Assembly (NCBI GenBank): GCA_965263035.1
Contig: OZ253580.1
Span: 800,001-864,000 of the forward strand
DNA from: Acidobacteriota bacterium
GTDB lineage: Bacteria; Acidobacteriota; UBA6911; RPQK01; JAJDTT01
Reading direction: 5' to 3'
Length of the DNA stretch: 64,000 nucleotides
Positions 58,149-64,000 of this stretch are shown here, in pieces (the stretch's first letter is position 1; each line of letters opens with the position of its first letter). Below the pieces are notes generated by a model. It did not search any database and had not been told where the DNA came from. It saw only the letters and a program-made list of their open reading frames with translations. The position numbers and the translations under genes were made by a program.

Positions 58149-58976
58149 TTAACTTCGAAGGATTCTTTCGATTTCCCGCTTCATCTTGGGTGTCTCGACC
58201 TTGACATCTACGCCGCATGCCGTGGTTTCATCGCAATCGACGTATTCGACCGCTACGACTCCGTTGTAGGTGGAAGACTTCAGCAATTCGAATATCCTCC
58301 CAAAGTCGATCGTACCCTCTTCGACCGTCTCTACCCGTTTGCCGGGAGCTGCTTGGCGGATGTGAAAATGTCTGGCGTAGGCATGCAACGGTTCGACTTC
58401 GTCTTGGGAATGCCCAGGGTCGACAAAGTGTGAATAGTCCAGAGTGAGCCCGAGTCCAGGCACCTCCCGGCAGATCCGGAGAGCGTCCTGAGGATCTTCA
58501 GCCACCGAAGGCTCGCAAGCTTCGATATTGAGAGCCAGCCCGCCTCCATTGGCGATTCCCACCAATGCCCTCAACTCCTTCACTGACAACTGAAAGGACT
58601 CTTGCCGACCGAGTTCAGCGTGTATCACTCCCGGAATCAACATGATGCTGGCACACCCGATTTTCCTGGCAAACCGGACCAGGCCCCGGAAAAGATGCCG
58701 CGTCCTGGCCCGGATCTCGGGGTCGGGATGATTGATCGGATCTCCAAAGTCCAGGAAGAAGCATTCGTTCAGTTCAAATCCCCACGGCTCCAATGCACTT
58801 AATACCCGATCGGCCATGCCATCTGGGTCGCCGGCAGCCATGATTGGATCTACTTGGGCATTCTCGTTGCTGCAGACACCCAAGTCGATCGTTTGGAATC
58901 CAAAGGCGGCAAGTATGGAAGCGGCCTCTTCCAGACTGCGGGGACCAAAAGCAAACGTGCAGCCGCCAATTCTCAT
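58149..58976 (-). CDS. Sugar phosphate isomerase/epimerase (AP endonuclease 2 / xylose isomerase-like TIM barrel)
   Basis: LNIEA, GLTLDYSH, HFHIRQ, GTIDF, AVEY. Confidence 0.82.
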   Translation of the reverse strand: MRIGGCTFAFGPRSLEEAASILAAFGFQTIDLGVCSNENAQVDPIMAAGDPDGMADRVLSALEPWGFELNECFFLDFGDPINHPDPEIRARTRHLFRGLVRFARKIGCASIMLIPGVIHAELGRQESFQLSVKELRALVGIANGGGLALNIEACEPSVAEDPQDALRICREVPGLGLTLDYSHFVDPGHSQDEVEPLHAYARHFHIRQAAPGKRVETVEEGTIDFGRIFELLKSSTYNGVVAVEYVDCDETTACGVDVKVETPKMKREIERILRS

Positions 58977-59058
58977 CTCAGTTTCTTCACCTTGGACTAC
59001 CACATTGGCCCATCAACCTCGGTACGGCCCGTTAGCAGTCCGGTAGATCGTTCGTCCA

Positions 59059-59376
59059 TCACTCGAGGTGGAACACCTCGGTCAGGATGGGAAACATCTC
59101 GCCTTCGCGGCAAGCCGGATGTTTTTCCATGATGGGCTCCATTTTCTCGGCCCATTTTTCGTAGAGAGGGTGGGTGACCAAGGCTTCCAGCGATCGCTCG
59201 AAATCCTCAACTTCCACATAGACAAAGAGGTCGAGCTCCCTCTTGAAGATCGAATAGTTGTGAAATCCCACGTTCTGCAGGTGTTGGATCATTTTCGGCC
59301 AGACATTCCGGTGGGCTTCCACGTATTCTTCCTCCATCCCCTCCCGAATCCGCAACAGGTAGGCGACTCTCGTCAT
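59059..59376 (-). CDS. rhaM: L-rhamnose mutarotase family protein
   Basis: EEYVEAHRNVWP, NYSIF, KWAEKM, EVFHLE. Confidence 0.8.
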   Translation of the reverse strand: MTRVAYLLRIREGMEEEYVEAHRNVWPKMIQHLQNVGFHNYSIFKRELDLFVYVEVEDFERSLEALVTHPLYEKWAEKMEPIMEKHPACREGEMFPILTEVFHLE

Positions 59377-59404
59377 CTCTTCCCCTCTTACCACTTGTCG
59401 TCCG

Positions 59405-61255
59405 TCATTTGCCGGCGATTCGAACAAGATTCGTTCCCGCGAAGTCTTCGGTGACGAACAAGTAGTCTCGCTCTCGGACTTTCTTGGCGTACGCAGTGAC
59501 CGGCCGACCATCGATCTGCACGGTCTGCCCTTTCTGTTTCGAAGGGATCATCAGACTCAGCCCTTGGACCTTCTGGGGGGTGTCAACGAAAAATTCATAG
59601 CCGCTTGCATTCTCGCGGAACCCGCGGATTCTGACTTGACTGCGGGCCCGCACGAAGTCATGCCACTGGTCGCCACTCACAATGGGAACTTCCATTTCTT
59701 TGGCGATCTCTATGCAGCCATGCGTCCAGGCTTTGTTGGAATTGATGGAATCGGGAATTGGGAACAGATAAAACGGCGGATGAAAGTTGATCGTAATCGC
59801 AGTATGAAAGCGAGTTATGCTGTTCTTCAACAGCTCGCGAAATCTTGTCAGAGCTTCCTCTGTGCTCCAGTTGGAAGAATAGAACATTTGAGAAATAATG
59901 ACGTCGTCCTCGTACTGTGTAAGCTGCTGAAAGATATCGGCAGTTCTGCCGAAACGGTCCACATAACGCATCGGCAGTCCACTTCCGGTCATGTACCCGT
60001 CATAAACGGGAATGAAATTGACGTACGTATAGTCCATTCCGACACCAACTTCAGCCAATAGGCGAGCCTGCGTGATCCAACCCATCCAGCGCAAATTGTG
60101 CATGCGGGTGGTCTGAACGGGAAGTCCGTAGATCGCTCGGAACTCCCGGACGTCTCTCTGCAACACCGACCGCATTTGCGCCTGATTCGGAAACAGAACG
60201 TCAGAACCGCCTTCGAAATGAACGCCAAATGAGATCTGATTCGGTTCCCACGATTGATGGAAGACGTGGGCTGAGGGGGCTCCCCCCTCACCGTAGGGAC
60301 GGGTCAAGTAGATGGTCAGGGGGACTTCGAGTGACTGCATGTCTCTTCGAACTGCTTCCATATCACTCGCAGTTCCAAATTCGTGGTCACTCGTCAGGAT
60401 GAAGACAGCATCGGCGCCAGCAGGAAAATACCAGACCCTCGGCAGCGTTTGCGGCTCCGTCAAGCTCCGGAGAATACCGGTCAAGAAATGCATCTGCTGG
60501 TCTGCTTGGGGGATCATCACCTTGGCCGAATCGATCCAATGGTCTTCACCGCGCAGAAACATGTCATTGGGCCGGAGACCACCGACCGCATCATTTTCCT
60601 GGTCGGCCCAGGCCGGATTGCCTTGGCGGGTCAGAGCAATGCTCCACGGAAGATCGTAGGCGAAGACGACGAACCGTCCTTGACCGAGATCACCTTCCAG
60701 GATCGAAACATCCTTGGACGGCCGTTCTTTCCCGAACCAAGCCAAGGGACGGATTCCGGGGGCAGTGTAGAGGCGACTGGGACCGTGGATCTGAAGGCTC
60801 TCGGAAACCAATCCAAGCGCCTCGGACCGGCTCGTTTCAAAGTGAATATATCCGCGTTCCGCAGTCAGCTCCGATTCCGCTTCGAGACCCAGCCTTTTGC
60901 TGAGGCTCGGCTGGGGTAGAAACGAAATCAGGTGCCCTCCGGACTTCACGTAGGAGTCGATCCGATCCAGTTGGTCACTCGTGTAGGATCCCGGAGGGAG
61001 GATCGCGACACGATATTTCCCAAGATCGCCGGGCGACAACTCCGCCAGACGCTTGAGTTCATGTTCGACGAGACCTTCAGCAAGCAGTATTTCTGCAATA
61101 TAGGCGCTGAAGTCCCGTACTCCTTCGTTTTGTTGAACGATCAGAATTCGCGACGCCTGACTGTGGCCGTTATCGCACAAACCCAGGAGCAATCCCAGAA
61201 TCAGCACCGTCTTGAATGGGTTGCGAGCGATTAAGAGTCTTTTCCCGCTTTGCAT
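59405..61255 (-). CDS. Secreted hypothetical protein with a class I amidotransferase-like N-domain and a polysaccharide-deacetylase-like domain
   Basis: Signal-like N-terminus, YVKSGGHLI, FILTSDHE, GVHF, RMHNLRW, NFHP. Start uncertain. Confidence 0.55.
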   Translation of the reverse strand: MQSGKRLLIARNPFKTVLILGLLLGLCDNGHSQASRILIVQQNEGVRDFSAYIAEILLAEGLVEHELKRLAELSPGDLGKYRVAILPPGSYTSDQLDRIDSYVKSGGHLISFLPQPSLSKRLGLEAESELTAERGYIHFETSRSEALGLVSESLQIHGPSRLYTAPGIRPLAWFGKERPSKDVSILEGDLGQGRFVVFAYDLPWSIALTRQGNPAWADQENDAVGGLRPNDMFLRGEDHWIDSAKVMIPQADQQMHFLTGILRSLTEPQTLPRVWYFPAGADAVFILTSDHEFGTASDMEAVRRDMQSLEVPLTIYLTRPYGEGGAPSAHVFHQSWEPNQISFGVHFEGGSDVLFPNQAQMRSVLQRDVREFRAIYGLPVQTTRMHNLRWMGWITQARLLAEVGVGMDYTYVNFIPVYDGYMTGSGLPMRYVDRFGRTADIFQQLTQYEDDVIISQMFYSSNWSTEEALTRFRELLKNSITRFHTAITINFHPPFYLFPIPDSINSNKAWTHGCIEIAKEMEVPIVSGDQWHDFVRARSQVRIRGFRENASGYEFFVDTPQKVQGLSLMIPSKQKGQTVQIDGRPVTAYAKKVRERDYLFVTEDFAGTNLVRIAGK

Positions 61256-61326
61256 AGTGGACCTGCCTTTGCCCCTCATACGTCCATGGGACATCTTGAG
61301 ACGTTTGTGGCTGAGAATACAGCAAT

Positions 61327-63096
61327 CTATTTCGGTTCCACGACGGTCAGTATTTGATCTGCTTCCACATTCCGAAGTGTTTGGACGGCTCCGGTCGGCC
61401 ACCTGATGAATAGTTCATCTATTCTGTTTCTGTGGCCCAGGCCGAAAAATAATCGACGATCGCTGCCGGAGAGGTAACTGTCTCCACTAGCTACTTCCTG
61501 AACCTGGTTTCGGTGGTCAGCTGACTTCAGCCAGGCCCGGGCGCCGATGGCATCACGATTGCTCCGCGTGCCGACCAGCTTCAAAAGGAGCCAGTGTCGA
61601 TCGCCGGTTGCCTGATTGTAGAGCAGATTGGGACGTCCATCCAGATTTGAGACGACTATGTCGAGAGCACCGTCGTTATTCAGATCTCCGGCTGCCGTCC
61701 CGCGGCCGACACTTTTTGGTTGGGCCAATCTATGGGACACGTTGGAGAAAGTTCCCCTTCCCAGGTTTCGATAGAGAAGATCATTCTGGGGATAGGTCAG
61801 GTCGGTTTCTCGCTCCACTTCCGGATAGAGGTGACCGTTGACGACGAAAAGATCCCTCAACCCGTCACCATCGTAATCCAGGAAGGTGCTGCCCCAACCC
61901 ATGTAGGGAAAACTGTCGGCGAGTTTGGCGCGGGCAGTGACGTCGATGAAGAATCCGTTGCCCAGATTCTTGTAGAGCGTGTTGGTATCTTGCGCGAAAT
62001 TGGTCACAAACAGGTCGAGGTGGTCATCGCCGTCGTAATCGCCAAAGGCGACGCCCATGCCGGCTTGCTCCAACCCGTCTCCGCTCAGAGCCACGCCGGA
62101 TAGCAGCCCAACTTCGGAGAAAGTTCCATCGCCTTGATTTTGAAAGAGGAAATTCGGGTTCGAATCATTGGCAACGTAAATGTCCAAGTCCCCATCGTCA
62201 TCGTAGTCGAGAGAGACGACTCCCAGACCGTAGTAGCCTGGATCCTCTATCCGGCTGGCCCGTGTGACCTCGGCGAATGAACCGTCGCCTAGATTCCGGA
62301 ATAGAACGTCGACGTCTCCCGGCAGCCCTTGTGGCCCGCACATGACTTTCAGGCCCATGTATGAGCAGAAACGATTCTGGTCCGGGTTCGGGGGAGGCAG
62401 GCTCAAATCAAGCTTCACGTAAGCCGCGACGTAAAGATCAAGCAGGCCATCGCGATCATAGTCCCCCCAGGAACAACCCGTACTCCAGCCACGATGAGCC
62501 GTTCCGGATTTTTCGCTGATGTCTGCGAAAGTCTCGTTGCCAAGGTTTTCGAAGAAGACGTTGGGACCCAGATTGGTCACGTAGAGATCCTGATCTCCGT
62601 CGTTGTCGAAGTCAGCAGCCGCACACCCCATACCCCAACCCGGATCACCGACCCCGGACTTTGCCGTCACATCCTTGAAATGACCATTCCGCAGATTCTT
62701 GAAGAGGTAATTCTGGAGAAGTGCCGGCCTTGATTGCTGAGACTGACCGCGAACGGTGGAACCGTTGACAACATAGACATCGAGCCAGCCATCGTTGTTG
62801 TAGTCAAATAGGCAAACCCCTCCGGTCATGCCCTCTACCAGGTATTGCTTGTTGTAGGGATCGCCTGCGCGAATCTGGGCATGAAGACCATGGCGGGCGG
62901 CTGTGTCCCGGAAAATCGCCGTCTGGCCATTACTGGAGGCCTGGGCACGGCCATTGATGGGGGCGAGCAGAACCAACAAGAGGTTCCATGACAGTCGACG
63001 GATGGCGGAATGTCGTCGCCACGTCAGAGTTTCCGGGCGACTACGAGGTGTCGACAAGGACTTTCCGGACCGGAGAACTTCTCTCGCCGAAAACAA
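61327..63096 (-). CDS. CRTAC1/ASPIC-UnbV family FG-GAP repeat protein
   Basis: Repeated D(Y/F)DNDG.LD.(Y/F)V motifs, SNRDAIGA, and LFFGLG...IRWPTG. Start uncertain. Confidence 0.9.
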   Translation of the reverse strand: MFSAREVLRSGKSLSTPRSRPETLTWRRHSAIRRLSWNLLLVLLAPINGRAQASSNGQTAIFRDTAARHGLHAQIRAGDPYNKQYLVEGMTGGVCLFDYNNDGWLDVYVVNGSTVRGQSQQSRPALLQNYLFKNLRNGHFKDVTAKSGVGDPGWGMGCAAADFDNDGDQDLYVTNLGPNVFFENLGNETFADISEKSGTAHRGWSTGCSWGDYDRDGLLDLYVAAYVKLDLSLPPPNPDQNRFCSYMGLKVMCGPQGLPGDVDVLFRNLGDGSFAEVTRASRIEDPGYYGLGVVSLDYDDDGDLDIYVANDSNPNFLFQNQGDGTFSEVGLLSGVALSGDGLEQAGMGVAFGDYDGDDHLDLFVTNFAQDTNTLYKNLGNGFFIDVTARAKLADSFPYMGWGSTFLDYDGDGLRDLFVVNGHLYPEVERETDLTYPQNDLLYRNLGRGTFSNVSHRLAQPKSVGRGTAAGDLNNDGALDIVVSNLDGRPNLLYNQATGDRHWLLLKLVGTRSNRDAIGARAWLKSADHRNQVQEVASGDSYLSGSDRRLFFGLGHRNRIDELFIRWPTGAVQTLRNVEADQILTVVEPK

Positions 63097-63256
63097 GAGT
63101 CGGATCGATCAAAATTGACTGCCAAAGGTGGGGCGTCACGCCAATCCCGGTGTTGCTGTAGCAGGTGGGTCCCATTGCCACCGTTTGGCGTTCTAGCCCA
63201 GAGGCGCAGTTATATCCTAACGATGTCTTAAAATGTAAATCCGGTAGCGGCCTTGG

Positions 63257-64000
63257 TCAGAACCTGAACTTCAGAGCAAACTGTATCTGCCTTCCTGCGG
63301 CGGCTCCCTGGATTCTTCCCACGACACCCGAGGCCAGATTGCTGACTGGATTGCTAAAATTCGGACGATTCAACAAATTAAAGAACTCTCCTCGCAACTG
63401 TAGGCTGCTAGTTTCAGTTACAGCAAAGTTCTTCATCAATCCGAAATCAACATTGGCATATCCGGGACCCACGAGAGTGTTTCGCCCCAAGGTTCCAAAC
63501 GTCAATACGGGATTGGGTTCGAACGCGTCCGGGTTGAAATACCTCTGTATGAGCTGACCCCGGTCGCGCCCGGAATCCAGTTTCGCATTTCCAAACTGAT
63601 TGGGCCGGTCTTGGTTGAGCGCCGTCCGGGAGTTGTCCAGGCCTGTCATCACCGTGAAAGGACTTCCACTCTGCATACTGACCAAGCCTGTAAACTGCCA
63701 GCCGCCCAGCAAATTCCTGATGACGACCGAATCATGCCGGGTTAGCCAGCCTGGACTCCATACCCACGAAGCGGAGAAGATCTGGCGCCGGTCAAACGCC
63801 GCCGGTCCTCGGTCCAGACCGGGGTTGTCCGAATCTTGATGGACGCCACGATTTTGGTAACCCGTACGGGTTGAATCTATCCATTTGCTCCAAGTGTAGT
63901 TCACATTGAGCAGGTAGTTATTGGTAAACCGTTTGCTCAACACGACCTGCAGCGCGTTGTAGTTGGAAGACGCACCGTCTTCGAAGCGCCGAATGGTGCT
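63257..64000 (-). CDS. TonB-dependent receptor (Oar-like), C-terminal part; 5' end lies outside the window
   Basis: Frame is open to the window end. SNYNALQ, NYTWSK, FGTLGRN, LRGEFFNLLN, RQIQFALKFRF. Confidence 0.9.
   Translation of the reverse strand, partial: STIRRFEDGASSNYNALQVVLSKRFTNNYLLNVNYTWSKWIDSTRTGYQNRGVHQDSDNPGLDRGPAAFDRRQIFSASWVWSPGWLTRHDSVVIRNLLGGWQFTGLVSMQSGSPFTVMTGLDNSRTALNQDRPNQFGNAKLDSGRDRGQLIQRYFNPDAFEPNPVLTFGTLGRNTLVGPGYANVDFGLMKNFAVTETSSLQLRGEFFNLLNRPNFSNPVSNLASGVVGRIQGAAAGRQIQFALKFRF

Noticed and set aside
1-64000. tRNA, rRNA, tmRNA or prophage genes
   Set aside because: None recognised in the intergenic regions or the ORF set. Small ncRNAs cannot be excluded without a covariance search.

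Overview
GC-rich bacterial genomic DNA. An Acidobacteriota-like host is inferred from the Oar-type TonB-dependent receptors and the CRTAC1/ASPIC and DUF1501/PSD1 genes. Left to right: (1) the 3' end of an ABC-class ATPase gene whose last 232 bp are duplicated on the far side of a REP-associated tyrosine transposase (RAYT); (2) a TonB-dependent receptor; (3) an uncharacterised biosynthetic/export-like locus: a glycosyltransferase fused in frame to a LolD-type ABC ATPase, a large FtsX/MacB permease, a HemN-like radical SAM enzyme, a flavin halogenase-like enzyme, a hotdog thioesterase, a phenylacetate-CoA-ligase-like enzyme and a convergent PQQ-type beta-propeller; (4) addB-addA; (5) three toxin-antitoxin modules, one with a frameshifted toxin, interspersed with an anaerobic sulfatase maturase, YyaL and an Fe-ADH; (6) a polyamine-type ABC transporter, map and a Na+/solute symporter; (7) a form II coxG-S-L-M-D-E-mocA cluster plus xdhC, a rhomboid protease and metK; (8) an intact IS630 and a visibly lower-GC carbohydrate-utilisation-like region running to the window end. 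Three distinct classes of REP-like palindrome are present. I found no rRNA, tRNA or CRISPR array. The strongest candidates for new biology are the radical SAM/halogenase/CoA-ligase/thioesterase operon with its GT-ABC fusion, and the RAYT cassette, which looks like a 1.9 kb circle integrated into a host gene. All family calls rest on motifs recognised by eye, not on database searches.
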